From: a virus
Lineage: Duplodnaviria > Caudoviricetes
IMG/VR virus record: IMGVR_UViG_3300016725_000002
Span: 1 to 64,000 of that record
DNA length: 64,000 bases
Reading direction: 5' to 3' (one strand)
The notes under the pieces were generated by a model. It ran no database searches and was not told the origin of the DNA. It saw only the letters and a list, made by a program, of their open reading frames with translations. The position numbers and the translations under genes were made by a program. Shown here piece after piece: positions 19,383-29,498 of this stretch (its first letter is position 1; the number at the start of each line of letters is the position of its first letter).

Positions 19383-21008
19383 TTACATTTGACTAATTTT
19401 TTTAATATTAGGATATAATTCTTTACATTCCTTGGCATATTTAGTACCTAAATGTTCTAAATGAATATTTAATGGGAGAAGCATTTTTATTTGTTCAAGT
19501 GAATGTCTAGGCATTAATACCGTCTTCGCCTTTAATTTTTTAGGAATACAATATACGTTCGTATCACTTGGTGGATATGTTATATTAGAAGATAAATAAA
19601 GTTCGTCACATGTACCTATGCAATCAAAAATAGCAGTAGACTGTAAAATTTGAACATTATTACAAATAAGCGTATTTGGTGCTTCATTAAATCTATCATT
19701 TGCTGTATTAAAAACATAGCGTGGTGTATCTGTAACTATTGTTACTCCCTTACATTTATTTAATTCAATCCTACCTTTACAATCACAAATAATTTTTCTA
19801 TCATTTAAATTATCCAGTAGTATTGTTTCTGCTTTAATTTTATTAACTACTACACCATAATGTGTGTTAGTTAGACGTACTTCATCACACTCTATAAGTT
19901 GACAATATACAGTACCTGAAATATCAAGTTTTTTACCTTTAATACCTTTACATTCCATACTAGTACCACTAACGGTCTCTAATTTTTCGCAATTAAAATA
20001 CTCAACTTCAACTAAAGTATTTCCTAAGAAGGCGACATCAATTGTTAGTTCTTTACCTTTTATTATACAATTTCTAGCTTTTAAGCTTTTAATCTTACAA
20101 TTCTTTAAATCATATACAGGTCTATTAGTATTACCTTTACCAAGTAATATTAGTTTTTTAATTTCTAATGAATCTGGAAATTCTAGTGATTCTTCAAGAC
20201 TTAAATATGAAATCTTTTTAATATTTGGCAGTTTAGTTTGAAAAGTATCTTTCGTTACATAATCATCTTCTAACTTAATTAACTTTAAATCAAATATTAC
20301 ATCCTCAACTATTCTTTCATGTTTAATATAGTTGTTATTTAGTATCTCAAGAATATATTTTATATATTTAGTTGGAGGTGTATTATTCTTACCTTGAATT
20401 TGTTCAATGGATTTATATGCTAAATCTAGTTCAATCGTAACATGGGGTTTATTTTCTTTATCTCGTATGCTATAAATGGCTGTTGTACCTTGTTTAACAT
20501 CTTTCCAATAATCACCAACGCAATGGTTCATGTTTGAACCTTCGTAACGTAAACCATCTTTATCTAGTATTTGTACTAGTTTAAATCCATCAGTATACTG
20601 ATGGATTACTTTAATTTCTCCAGATTTATCTATCTTCTTACTGAAAGACTTTTCCCACTTTTGTAATTTTGACAAAAATTGAGGATAAGACATACGAGTT
20701 AAATCAGAAGTTTCGGGTAAAGTATTTAGGTAGTCAGCAAAGTGATTCAATTGATTTCTATCTAATTTATCAATGGTGTATACTTCATTATCAGAATCAA
20801 GTGATTTTTTAACCCAAGCGGGTAATGATGCAGTATAATGCGTTATTTGTTCTACATCAGAATATTCATTAATTAAGTATCTACGATATACAGTATCAAT
20901 CCAATGCTTAGCATTCGCATTTCTACATTTACTTTTAAATTCATCAAGTTGTTTAACAATCTTAGGTGATATAAATACATTTCGTGCTAAAAGTTCAACG
21001 TATCTCAT
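19383..21008 (-). CDS. PcfJ-like domain + repeat protein
   Basis: EGSNMNHCVGDY...IYSIRD...PHVTIE...QIQGKNN. Confidence 0.85.
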   Translation of the reverse strand: MRYVELLARNVFISPKIVKQLDEFKSKCRNANAKHWIDTVYRRYLINEYSDVEQITHYTASLPAWVKKSLDSDNEVYTIDKLDRNQLNHFADYLNTLPETSDLTRMSYPQFLSKLQKWEKSFSKKIDKSGEIKVIHQYTDGFKLVQILDKDGLRYEGSNMNHCVGDYWKDVKQGTTAIYSIRDKENKPHVTIELDLAYKSIEQIQGKNNTPPTKYIKYILEILNNNYIKHERIVEDVIFDLKLIKLEDDYVTKDTFQTKLPNIKKISYLSLEESLEFPDSLEIKKLILLGKGNTNRPVYDLKNCKIKSLKARNCIIKGKELTIDVAFLGNTLVEVEYFNCEKLETVSGTSMECKGIKGKKLDISGTVYCQLIECDEVRLTNTHYGVVVNKIKAETILLDNLNDRKIICDCKGRIELNKCKGVTIVTDTPRYVFNTANDRFNEAPNTLICNNVQILQSTAIFDCIGTCDELYLSSNITYPPSDTNVYCIPKKLKAKTVLMPRHSLEQIKMLLPLNIHLEHLGTKYAKECKELYPNIKKISQM

Positions 21009-22591
21009 TCCTTCTCCTTAATCTCAATATTTGGGTATAGTTTTTTACATTGAGTCACATCTTGTGTGATTATGCTTTTTACTTTTAAATTTCGAGATTT
21101 CATTATTCTCTTTATAATATTTAGTGGTATTCCATCAAAATTAATAGTAGCTACAGTTAGATTCGGGAGTGACTCAAGACCTAATCGTACTGTAAAGTGT
21201 TTAATTATTCCATCAAAACTAATTTTATCTTCACTAATTACTTTAGCTATATTATTACCCTTAAATTTTATATTATTACAATTATATATCTTAACGGAGT
21301 TAATTATATTAAAGGAGAGGGAAATTTTAGAACAAGACATTAATTCTAGTTTTTCACATTTAACTTTGCTCTCAAATGATTTTACATGCGATAATACTAA
21401 ATTATCACCCTCAAAGTTTTTACATGAAAATTTATGTATATTTTCAAAACTCTGATAAACAATATCAATATGCTTAGATTCAATTGAATTACAATTTAAA
21501 CATCCTGCCATCTCAAAGAAATTACCTTTAAGTTTATCTGCAATAATGTAGCTATTAAACGCTTCAAATTCAGTAAAAGAGAGTTCTGTAAATTTAATAG
21601 TTGATTTAGAAATATCTATTCTATTTACGATTACTTTATCTGTAAATGTAACATTAGCATTATCAATTTCAAGTGTTTTAATTGTACAGTTTGGGAGGGT
21701 AAAATTATTTGGTTCACCAAACGGACTACGAATCTTTAATTTATTAATAGTAACGCCCGGAGCAAAATCAAGTTGCGAATTAATAGTTACATAATCAATA
21801 TGTTTAGCGGTTGATATAAGTTTTGAATATTCTTCTTTTGTTACATACTTATTATCTATATTAAAAACTAAACCTGATATGTCAGCGAGAATTATTTTCT
21901 TAAAAGGGATATATTTATTATTCAATACTTCTAAAATATAGGATACATACTTTGTCGGTATTTTATTGCTATTACCTTTAGTTTGTTCGATTGTTTTATC
22001 TGTATTATCAAACTCAAACGTAACATGTGGAATATTAGCAGCATCGCGTATACTATATATTTTAGTGTTACCCGATTCTATTTCAGGGCCATAACTGCCA
22101 ACACAATGGTTCATTTTAGAACCTTCGTAATCAAGCGCAGCTTCATCTAATAGTTCAACTAAAGTATAATTATCACTTAATTTATGGACTAATCTTGTTG
22201 TACCCACACCTTCAGCTTCCTTAATGAATGAATCTTCCCAAACGTAAAGCTTATCAAGAAATTGGTCAAAAGACATGCGAGTTAAATCTTTAGTGCTTGA
22301 AAGTGTATTTAGAAAATCAGAATAATGATGTAATCTATCAGCACTTAATTCACGCAGGCCAAGCACTTCTTTTCCAGATTCCAAGGAATCCTTAACCCAA
22401 CTAGGCATTGAAGGTTTGTATTTATAAATTGGTTCAACTTGAGCATATTCATTGATTAAAAATCGGCGATAAACAGTATCAACCCAGCGTTTAGCATTTT
22501 CGTTATTGCAGTTATCTCTAAATTCTTTGATTAACTTTGTTTCTTCTGGGGTAATATATACGTTTCTTGCTAGTATTTCAACATATTTCAT
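21005..22591 (-). CDS. PcfJ-like domain + repeat protein
   Basis: EGSKMNHCVGSY...IYSIRD...PHVTFE; GAGGAG RBS. Confidence 0.85.
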   Translation of the reverse strand: MKYVEILARNVYITPEETKLIKEFRDNCNNENAKRWVDTVYRRFLINEYAQVEPIYKYKPSMPSWVKDSLESGKEVLGLRELSADRLHHYSDFLNTLSSTKDLTRMSFDQFLDKLYVWEDSFIKEAEGVGTTRLVHKLSDNYTLVELLDEAALDYEGSKMNHCVGSYGPEIESGNTKIYSIRDAANIPHVTFEFDNTDKTIEQTKGNSNKIPTKYVSYILEVLNNKYIPFKKIILADISGLVFNIDNKYVTKEEYSKLISTAKHIDYVTINSQLDFAPGVTINKLKIRSPFGEPNNFTLPNCTIKTLEIDNANVTFTDKVIVNRIDISKSTIKFTELSFTEFEAFNSYIIADKLKGNFFEMAGCLNCNSIESKHIDIVYQSFENIHKFSCKNFEGDNLVLSHVKSFESKVKCEKLELMSCSKISLSFNIINSVKIYNCNNIKFKGNNIAKVISEDKISFDGIIKHFTVRLGLESLPNLTVATINFDGIPLNIIKRIMKSRNLKVKSIITQDVTQCKKLYPNIEIKEKE

Positions 22592-22609
22592 GTAGATACT
22601 CCTCTATAT

Positions 22610-22616
22610 TAAACTG
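22610..22616 (-). promoter_or_regulatory. CAGTTTA putative phage promoter motif
   Basis: Just downstream of a terminator and 19 nt before the ATG. Same 7-mer is intergenic at 7084, 8055, 28849, 54958 and 55101. Confidence 0.55.
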
Positions 22617-22624
22617 GTTTAATG

Positions 22625-22669
22625 CAACAAAAGCTCCTACATACCAAATATATGTAGGAGCTTTTGTTG
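22625..22669. terminator. 19-bp perfect hairpin, probable terminator
   Basis: CAACAAAAGCTCCTACATA-7nt-TATGTAGGAGCTTTTGTTG. Confidence 0.75.
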
Positions 22670-22739
22670 TGCCGAGATAAACAATTTCGTTTAATGTTCA
22701 TCAACAACGTATTTCATTGTCTTCTCTTTTTATTGAAGG

Positions 22740-22901
22740 TTAACTTGATTTAATCCAAAGGTATGCAGCACCTACAGCACTTAGAATCAATATTCCGATA
22801 GCACTTGCGGCTATAATCAAAGTTTGAAATAAATATCTATCTAACTTTTTATAAAACCGTTTAATTTCTTCAAATTCCTCTGAGTTATTAGTCACTGGCA
22901 T
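22740..22901 (-). CDS. small single-TM membrane protein (53 aa)
   Basis: Own translation MPVTNNSEEFEEIKRFYKKLDRYLFQTLIIAASAIGILILSAVGAAYLWIKSS; overlaps the gp25-like stop. Confidence 0.55.
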   Translation of the reverse strand: MPVTNNSEEFEEIKRFYKKLDRYLFQTLIIAASAIGILILSAVGAAYLWIKSS

Positions 22902-23352
22902 ACATTGTGTTTAATGCTGATTTAAATTTAGATAAAATTCCACTATATTCTATAGTTGTGTCAGTTAATCCAACTAGATTAAATACATAATAAAATTCAT
23001 ATGATTGACTATCAGGTCTACCGATAACATAAGATTTGGATAAATCAAGTTCTGCACGAGTTTCCCAAACACTAACTGCTGTATATACTTCTAATAATAA
23101 TTTTTGAGCAGTAATATCATCTATTATTTCAAATAAATAATCGCTAGTGTTAACTCCATATTCAGGAAGATTTATTCTTTCACCTTTTTCAGTAGTCAAT
23201 AAGTTAACTAAACTTACACCTATTGCATCTACGTTAATTGCAAGTAAGTCTTTACTTACATCGGGTGCAATATCAGCATATTTAATATAAACAGAGTTAA
23301 CACTAAATTTTGGCGCAATACTAACAACAGTCAATGTACCTGAAATGTTCAT
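22888..23352 (-). CDS. baseplate wedge/sheath initiator (T4 gp25/GPW-like)
   Basis: AI..SLVNLLTT.KGER...PEYG....YLFE...WETR gp25 signature. Confidence 0.85.
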   Translation of the reverse strand: MNISGTLTVVSIAPKFSVNSVYIKYADIAPDVSKDLLAINVDAIGVSLVNLLTTEKGERINLPEYGVNTSDYLFEIIDDITAQKLLLEVYTAVSVWETRAELDLSKSYVIGRPDSQSYEFYYVFNLVGLTDTTIEYSGILSKFKSALNTMYASD

Positions 23353-24008
23353 ACTAATTTTTCCACTAGTATATCTACTGAATCCTTAATCTCTTCTTTT
23401 AAATATGTAACAAATTTAGATTCAATTACTGGAGTTGATGTATTTTCTAAATCTAACCTAATTGTATTTATAATAGATTTAAACTTCCTCTTAATTGCTT
23501 CATCAATATTTTCATGATCTATTAAACGAGAAAGGGTAAATAATTGAGTTATTACATCAGATAAATTATCATAAGTTACATCAGATAATATTTCTTTAGC
23601 ATTTTTTGCATGAGTATATAAAGTAGAATTAGGTAAATACTTTTCAATTGTATTATATATTGCATCTAATTTAGTTGTATCAATATTAATCTTAGTTTCC
23701 ATTTCGGGGTTAGCTTTTAGATAATCAAGAATATTTAATACAATATGGTTTGAATCATCTGTTATCGTATTCAATATTTCTGTTGGATATTTAGAATAGA
23801 TAGTATAATACCGATACATTTGATTTATTCGATAAACTAAATCAATTAATCCTTTACAATAACTAAGTTGTAGGGTATTCATCGTTGGTAGATTAGTATA
23901 AATAGAAGTAACTTGCTGTTCAGTTATTAAACCTAAATCTTGCAATACATATAAACTATTAGATAATGAATCTAATATATTCATATCTACTTTTTCTTGT
24001 ACGGACAT
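23349..24008 (-). CDS. hypothetical helical protein
   Basis: Coupled ORF between the gp5-like and gp25-like genes. Confidence 0.65.
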   Translation of the reverse strand: MSVQEKVDMNILDSLSNSLYVLQDLGLITEQQVTSIYTNLPTMNTLQLSYCKGLIDLVYRINQMYRYYTIYSKYPTEILNTITDDSNHIVLNILDYLKANPEMETKINIDTTKLDAIYNTIEKYLPNSTLYTHAKNAKEILSDVTYDNLSDVITQLFTLSRLIDHENIDEAIKRKFKSIINTIRLDLENTSTPVIESKFVTYLKEEIKDSVDILVEKLV

Positions 24009-25513
24009 GACGTATCCAATTCCTCCTTACTCATATCAGTCTGGTCAATTAAACCAGCATTGGAGATAAGAGTATCAAAAATATTCGTTACATCTTTCTT
24101 TTGTTCAGCCATTGTATTTTTTATATCATCTGATACATCATCTAAAGCCTTGGTCATATTATTAAGATTTTGAGATATAATATCTCTATTTTCATCTGGT
24201 ATATCTTTCATTTTATTTAAATCAGTTTTTAATGCTTCTAATTCATCTCGTAATTTTAATAATGCATCTCTAGCTTTATTATATTCAGCATCAGTTATTT
24301 CACCTGCTGCATGTTTTTGATCTAATTCCGCAAGTAATGAATCAATTGCAGAAATAATATTATTGATTTTATTGATTAAGTCATCAACACCTGAATTGAT
24401 TTCATCATCAAGGGTTGTATCAAGTATTTCTGAAGCTGCATTGTTAGTTAATTCTGTTTTATTTTTATCAATACTATTAGTTAATTGATTAGTAGAATAA
24501 TCAATATCAGCTAAAGCACTAGTTTTATTATTTGTAGTCTGCGTAGTTAAATTACTGTAAGCTAATGACGGATAAGTCTGACCAATATAATAATTAACAT
24601 TACTAATATTTCCTAAACTTCCCATTCCTAAAATATTTAATAAGCTACTTAATCCATATGCACCTGAACCAAATAATGTATAAGCTAACCCAACCATGCT
24701 GAGAACTACAGCCATCATTTTCATACAATCTGTAACATTTTTAGTTAACCCACCAAGCAATGAAGTCATCTTTGAAATTTGTGCAACTACAGATTTAAAT
24801 TTTTTCTCAATTTCACTATTAGATAAACCCAAGTTACATTCAGGTAATAAACTTAATACTTTATTTACTTCTTTCTTTACAACTTGAACAACTTCATTTG
24901 CAGCCGAATCTAATTTAGCTAAGGCACTGCGTTGCATTTGAAATAATTGACTAGTTAATGAATTTATATCTGTTTTCAATAATAAAGACATTACGCCACA
25001 GCAAGCTAATCCTATTGCTCCCATAGCTAATGCTGAATTAGTTAAAGATAATCCACTATTACGAAACAATGAAGTAGTTACTGCTGCACCTGTAATCATT
25101 AAAGACGGAGCTGAAGATAATACTGAAACATTATTTCCAGCTAATGCCGAAATAGTACCAATTCGTAATGCAGAAGAAGCCAAGGAACTTGAAGAATTAA
25201 ATCTATTTGATATTACAGCAGCTAAGGCTAATTGGGTTGGACTAACAGAAGTTAAACCGTTAACACCACCAAGTAAAGTAGATGAAGAATTTGAACCTAA
25301 ACCTTGGATTCTATCCATAGGACGTGACATTGATGCTAATGTACCTAAATATGTATTACTATCAATTTTACTTTGTAATGGATTCATATTTGTATTTAAT
25401 CTTGTTGAAACAGTTGGAGTATTTAATAAATTATTAATTTGAGTACGAGTTAATGGAGATGAATTTATATCTCTTGCATTCTGTGAAGTTTGAAATGGTA
25501 TAGTTAAACCCAT
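23987..25513 (-). CDS. hypothetical virion protein (Ser/Thr/Asn-rich, hydrophobic segments, coiled coil)
   Basis: 508-aa ORF right after the gp5-like gene; two hydrophobic stretches. Confidence 0.7.
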   Translation of the reverse strand: MGLTIPFQTSQNARDINSSPLTRTQINNLLNTPTVSTRLNTNMNPLQSKIDSNTYLGTLASMSRPMDRIQGLGSNSSSTLLGGVNGLTSVSPTQLALAAVISNRFNSSSSLASSALRIGTISALAGNNVSVLSSAPSLMITGAAVTTSLFRNSGLSLTNSALAMGAIGLACCGVMSLLLKTDINSLTSQLFQMQRSALAKLDSAANEVVQVVKKEVNKVLSLLPECNLGLSNSEIEKKFKSVVAQISKMTSLLGGLTKNVTDCMKMMAVVLSMVGLAYTLFGSGAYGLSSLLNILGMGSLGNISNVNYYIGQTYPSLAYSNLTTQTTNNKTSALADIDYSTNQLTNSIDKNKTELTNNAASEILDTTLDDEINSGVDDLINKINNIISAIDSLLAELDQKHAAGEITDAEYNKARDALLKLRDELEALKTDLNKMKDIPDENRDIISQNLNNMTKALDDVSDDIKNTMAEQKKDVTNIFDTLISNAGLIDQTDMSKEELDTSCPYKKK

Positions 25514-25514
25514 A

Positions 25515-26360
25515 TTATTCCTTCTTTGTACCCTTCATTGCATTTGCATATTCAGTAACACCTTCTTTTGAAGCTGTTCCTTTTGCATCAATGACGGATT
25601 TAAGTTGGTTTAAATCAGATAATAATGAATTTAAATTAGATATTGCAGAATCCAACACACTTTTAGCAGAGGAAGCTGTACCATAAGTAACTCCATCCTG
25701 CAAATAAGTATGTGTACCTTGTAATGCAATACCACCGCCACCCTTTAAACCTATGGTACTAGCAGCATCGACTCCAAATTCTCTACCCACAGTTATACCA
25801 AAATCACTACCTGTTAATATTGCAAATAAATCTGCAATTGAAAATATACATTGACCACCAATCTTTAATACAAGATTTTTTGGAATATTAATGTATACAT
25901 TGCCATTCTTATCTGTTCGTACATAACGACCACTTGAATGTCTATCTTCAATCCAACCTTCTGTATCATCTTTACGAGTCCAAGAACCATCTTCTTTAAT
26001 TTCACCTTCTACATTTGGATAGTTATTTGCAAACAATCTATGAATTTGAGCATCTGTAACTTCATCAGTATGGTCACTGTATACAGGAGTGTATATATCA
26101 TTATTAGGAAATGAAATACTTACAGTTGAATATAGCTTAGGTACAGAAAAAGAACCAATATTAGCTCGTCTTCCTGTACCTCCACTACCACCCGCAGGTG
26201 ATGCCCAAGGCAATCCATCCGGGTCAACACCTTCAAATAATCCCTCAATCTTTACTTTAACTCGGCGAAGCATAAGAGGGTCTTTATTATCAATCACTAT
26301 ACCTTTTAATGGTTTATCAAGTTGATTTATTGGAGAGCTACAGGTTATACTTGCGTCCAT
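25515..26360 (-). CDS. baseplate central spike (T4 gp5/gpV OB-fold, no lysozyme domain)
   Basis: GIVIDNKDPLMLRRVKVKI...LPWA...VP...V.I.F.NNDI..PV; HSSG motif and beta-helix repeats. Confidence 0.85.
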   Translation of the reverse strand: MDASITCSSPINQLDKPLKGIVIDNKDPLMLRRVKVKIEGLFEGVDPDGLPWASPAGGSGGTGRRANIGSFSVPKLYSTVSISFPNNDIYTPVYSDHTDEVTDAQIHRLFANNYPNVEGEIKEDGSWTRKDDTEGWIEDRHSSGRYVRTDKNGNVYINIPKNLVLKIGGQCIFSIADLFAILTGSDFGITVGREFGVDAASTIGLKGGGGIALQGTHTYLQDGVTYGTASSAKSVLDSAISNLNSLLSDLNQLKSVIDAKGTASKEGVTEYANAMKGTKKE

Positions 26361-26369
26361 AGATTGTCC

Positions 26370-26951
26370 TTATACAATACAAGCAGGTTGTGTAGGCCAA
26401 ATAATCGTATCTAAATCAAGTGTTTCATAGTTTAATGATTCAGGAAAATCTCGTAGTAGTTGAGCGTACATTGCACATTCAATTATTTGACTGTCAGTTA
26501 ATGTTGTTGCTATATTATAGTCTTTTTGATTTCTATGTCTATCTAATACATTGACTACTTCTTTTAATTTTATATCTCGTATGCCAATGACTTGTATTTT
26601 TAATTCTTCAACTGTTAATGGTGGTTTTGCAGGTCGAGTTGTTACTGCATCAACTGGAATTGTCCCCGGCGTGAGCATTGTCCTTGGTGGAGAATAATAT
26701 GTATCTCCAAGTTCAGGAAGCCAAAATTCAGTAGCATTAACTACAACACCATCTAAATGAACTCTATTTCTATGATCCTCAACATAATCCCAGCTAGTTC
26801 CATTCCAAACAGATACATAATCATCTTTAACTGGTAAGGGTTTAATTAAAGTACAGCCCAAACAATCTGTTATATATTCTCCATTAACAAGTTGTGCTTC
26901 ACGAAAACCAATATCTTCAAAAGTTACTAAATCAAAGCAATACAAAATCAT
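26370..26951 (-). CDS. tail fibre assembly chaperone (Tfa-like)
   Basis: WNGTSWDYVEDHR and YAQLLRDFP...WPTQP motifs; follows a fibre gene. Confidence 0.8.
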   Translation of the reverse strand: MILYCFDLVTFEDIGFREAQLVNGEYITDCLGCTLIKPLPVKDDYVSVWNGTSWDYVEDHRNRVHLDGVVVNATEFWLPELGDTYYSPPRTMLTPGTIPVDAVTTRPAKPPLTVEELKIQVIGIRDIKLKEVVNVLDRHRNQKDYNIATTLTDSQIIECAMYAQLLRDFPESLNYETLDLDTIIWPTQPACIV

Positions 26952-26986
26952 AGCAATACAAAATCATAGCAATACAAAATCATAGC
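26936..26986. repeat. 16-nt tandem repeat x3 (minus strand ATGATTTTGTATTGCT) spanning the fibre stop and chaperone start
   Basis: Read directly from the sequence. Confidence 0.9.
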
Positions 26987-27663
26987 CTTCCCTTTGAAAT
27001 TTGTTTAGTTGAAAAACCTAAATATCCAATTACTGGATAACGAATACTATCGGGTCTAAACTCTGTATCGGTATTAACATACTTAGATGCATCAAAAACT
27101 AATTTATAATTCTTATTTGAACTTCCATCCCATCCACCTGTTAAAAAAGAATTTTGAGTACGTTGAACAGTAGAAAATACACCAGTTGTATCTGTAAAAG
27201 CATATGCTGAATCAAATCCACCATATGCACTACCGACAAGCATTGTAAAGGAACCATAAATATTCTTCATTGCTCCATCTTGATAAATACCGGGTTCAGA
27301 AGATGAAGCACATGCTCTTAGAAATTCCTTAGTTATACACGGTGTATATAATCCAGATTTATCCGTAGATAATCTAAACTTACCGCGATATTTACTTAGG
27401 TTATCTGTGGAGGAAGAGAGGGAGATAACCATATCTTTAAAACCATTTGAATCATATTTTTCTTTAAACTCTGGCCAATCTGTAAAACTAATAAAACTTC
27501 CATCAAATCTAATAAAATTATCAGGGATTGTTATACCGGTATAATAGATTGGTAAACCAATGTTGACTTTTCGTAGACGTTCCAATTCGTCCAATGTCAT
27601 TTCTGGAGATATATCATCATGAGCTAAATCTTTTATCTGGCATGTCATTATTCTTGTTAACAC
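26980..27663 (-). CDS. tail fibre/collar-domain protein
   Basis: IG.PI...IPDNFIRFDG....DWPE, FLR...G.YQ..A.KNI.G, FDASK....EFRP collar/tip motifs; GTG start with GGAGG. Confidence 0.8.
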   Translation of the reverse strand: MLTRIMTCQIKDLAHDDISPEMTLDELERLRKVNIGLPIYYTGITIPDNFIRFDGSFISFTDWPEFKEKYDSNGFKDMVISLSSSTDNLSKYRGKFRLSTDKSGLYTPCITKEFLRACASSSEPGIYQDGAMKNIYGSFTMLVGSAYGGFDSAYAFTDTTGVFSTVQRTQNSFLTGGWDGSSNKNYKLVFDASKYVNTDTEFRPDSIRYPVIGYLGFSTKQISKGRL

Positions 27664-27700
27664 TCTTCCTCCACATATTTAATAAGTTAATAACCCAATA

Positions 27701-28819
27701 TTAAAACATGAATCTATTCTGTCGTCTTTGACGTTTATTATTTAAATGAGCAATATACTTTGCTTCTGTAGAATCAACAGATTCATTCTTGATTGCGTTA
27801 TTAATTATAGTAGTTTCTTCAGGAGTAGGAATAAACAATAAGTCAGGGTTAATAGTCCATTCTTTAGCATATATATCACGAACAACGTATCTACCACCAG
27901 CCATTTTAGTAGCTATCTTACATAGTACGAACTTTTGATTTTTACCTAGGAATTTACAAGGAGTATATTTAGCAAAGCTAGTTAAACGATTTCCAGAGTC
28001 TTGAAGGTCTTTAATTTGCTGGCGTTTATCCTGCTCTTGTTTAGTTAATATTGCACCACCATCCAATGGTGTATATTCTATATTTTTCATACGGGCATTA
28101 AATAATGCGTCAAACTGATAAGATTTGAATGGTACTTGTTCAACTTCATAAACGTATTGCTTACCCATAGCTCTAACTAAACAAGCACGAACCATAGCTT
28201 CATTGTTAAATAGTTTAGGAGCTATCGCATATTCAAATTTATTTAAGCGGGATAGGAATTTTAAGTTATAGTAATTCCTAGTATTTTCACCCATATCTTT
28301 TGCTAATCTAATTAGCGGAGTTGATAACTTATTACCAAAACACTTCTTATTCAATATTGCGTATAATTCCTTAAGATATGTTTCCCAATTCTTTAGAGAG
28401 AATTGAGCTTTGATTTTTATGGTATCAACATCTACTTTAGCATTTGATTCTTTAGTGGGTTTAACAGATTTTGTATCTTTCACAGGTTTAGTTGGTTTAA
28501 CTGGCTTTACTTCTTTAATAGGTTTAGTGGGCTTTATTTCTTTCTTTACTGGTTTAACTGGTTTGATAACTGCTGTAAAATCCTTTATTTTAGCCAATGG
28601 GATGGGAGATTTACGTTTTTTATCTACACCAATACCAAGAATACGTTTACTTTTAATTGGTAAAGTTAATGTATCATCGTCATCAAATTTTATAGATATT
28701 TTATCAGCAGCAACCCTAGAAACAGTTCCTAAGAAAGCTTCATCTTCATCAAATTTAATTAAAATACGCATTCCTTTCTTCCACTGAGTAGCAACAGCTA
28801 CAACTTCCACATATTTCAT
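27701..28819 (-). CDS. Tudor/SH3-like + KPVK linker + degenerate SprT-like protein
   Basis: GMRI.IKF....FLGTV......IKFDD (Tudor-like); LY..LN..CFGNKL (SprT-like N-terminus); LVRAMGKQY where HExxH is expected. Confidence 0.6.
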   Translation of the reverse strand: MKYVEVVAVATQWKKGMRILIKFDEDEAFLGTVSRVAADKISIKFDDDDTLTLPIKSKRILGIGVDKKRKSPIPLAKIKDFTAVIKPVKPVKKEIKPTKPIKEVKPVKPTKPVKDTKSVKPTKESNAKVDVDTIKIKAQFSLKNWETYLKELYAILNKKCFGNKLSTPLIRLAKDMGENTRNYYNLKFLSRLNKFEYAIAPKLFNNEAMVRACLVRAMGKQYVYEVEQVPFKSYQFDALFNARMKNIEYTPLDGGAILTKQEQDKRQQIKDLQDSGNRLTSFAKYTPCKFLGKNQKFVLCKIATKMAGGRYVVRDIYAKEWTINPDLLFIPTPEETTIINNAIKNESVDSTEAKYIAHLNNKRQRRQNRFMF

Positions 28820-28856
28820 GTGTTTCTCTCCTAAGTATAGTATATTATTAAACTGA

Positions 28857-29498
28857 CTAAGAGTAACAAGTAACTAAGCCACTACATTTACACATTTTAG
28901 ATAGAATACTACAAATTACTGCATGAGATGAGGTTAAATTGACTAGTTTTTGTATTGTATTATACGCAGGCATTTGAATATTTGGTAATAATAATAACTC
29001 ATTAAATATATCTATATTTTTATAGGGTGTAACCATATATCTATCATAATATACATTAAATTTAATAGTAGAATACATAGTCATATAATTATATATTGTT
29101 TCTAATTGGTCATCTAAGGCTACAATTGAATATATTTTATTATCTTGTGGTACATAAGTAAAATCTGTTATATGACGCTCATATTTTATACCTTTTTCAT
29201 AAATATCCATATTATTAGTACAGATAATATGTTGCTTGTTATATTTAAAAATTAAATCGTAAATAAATTCTATATCTTCAGTATCAAGAATGGAAAATTC
29301 ACCACCTAAAATAACAAAAAAGTCAATGGTAGAAGTTTCAAAAGTTTCAATTAATTTTTCTCTATTTAAAGTAGTTTTGATTTTATCATGAACTTGAGGA
29401 CAATGAAAACAATGTTTATTACAATTATTGTTTATTTGAAGAATTAAAGATTCTTTATCACATCGGCATTTAAAATTACATCCGAATTTACATGACAT
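28857..29498 (-). CDS. short radical SAM protein with Cys-rich termini
   Basis: CNKHCFHC and GGE motifs; true start probably ATG 29498 (GGAGG RBS, MSCKFGCNFKCRC). Confidence 0.8.
   Translation of the reverse strand: MSCKFGCNFKCRCDKESLILQINNNCNKHCFHCPQVHDKIKTTLNREKLIETFETSTIDFFVILGGEFSILDTEDIEFIYDLIFKYNKQHIICTNNMDIYEKGIKYERHITDFTYVPQDNKIYSIVALDDQLETIYNYMTMYSTIKFNVYYDRYMVTPYKNIDIFNELLLLPNIQMPAYNTIQKLVNLTSSHAVICSILSKMCKCSGLVTCYS

Noticed and set aside
22691-22717. Micro-ORF MKYVVDEH with the MKYV leader
   Set aside because: Eight codons with a weak RBS; cannot be told apart from chance or a tiny relic.
23987-25513. Tape measure protein call
   Set aside because: Short for a large myovirus, not located after the tube/chaperone genes, and no recognisable TMP repeats.
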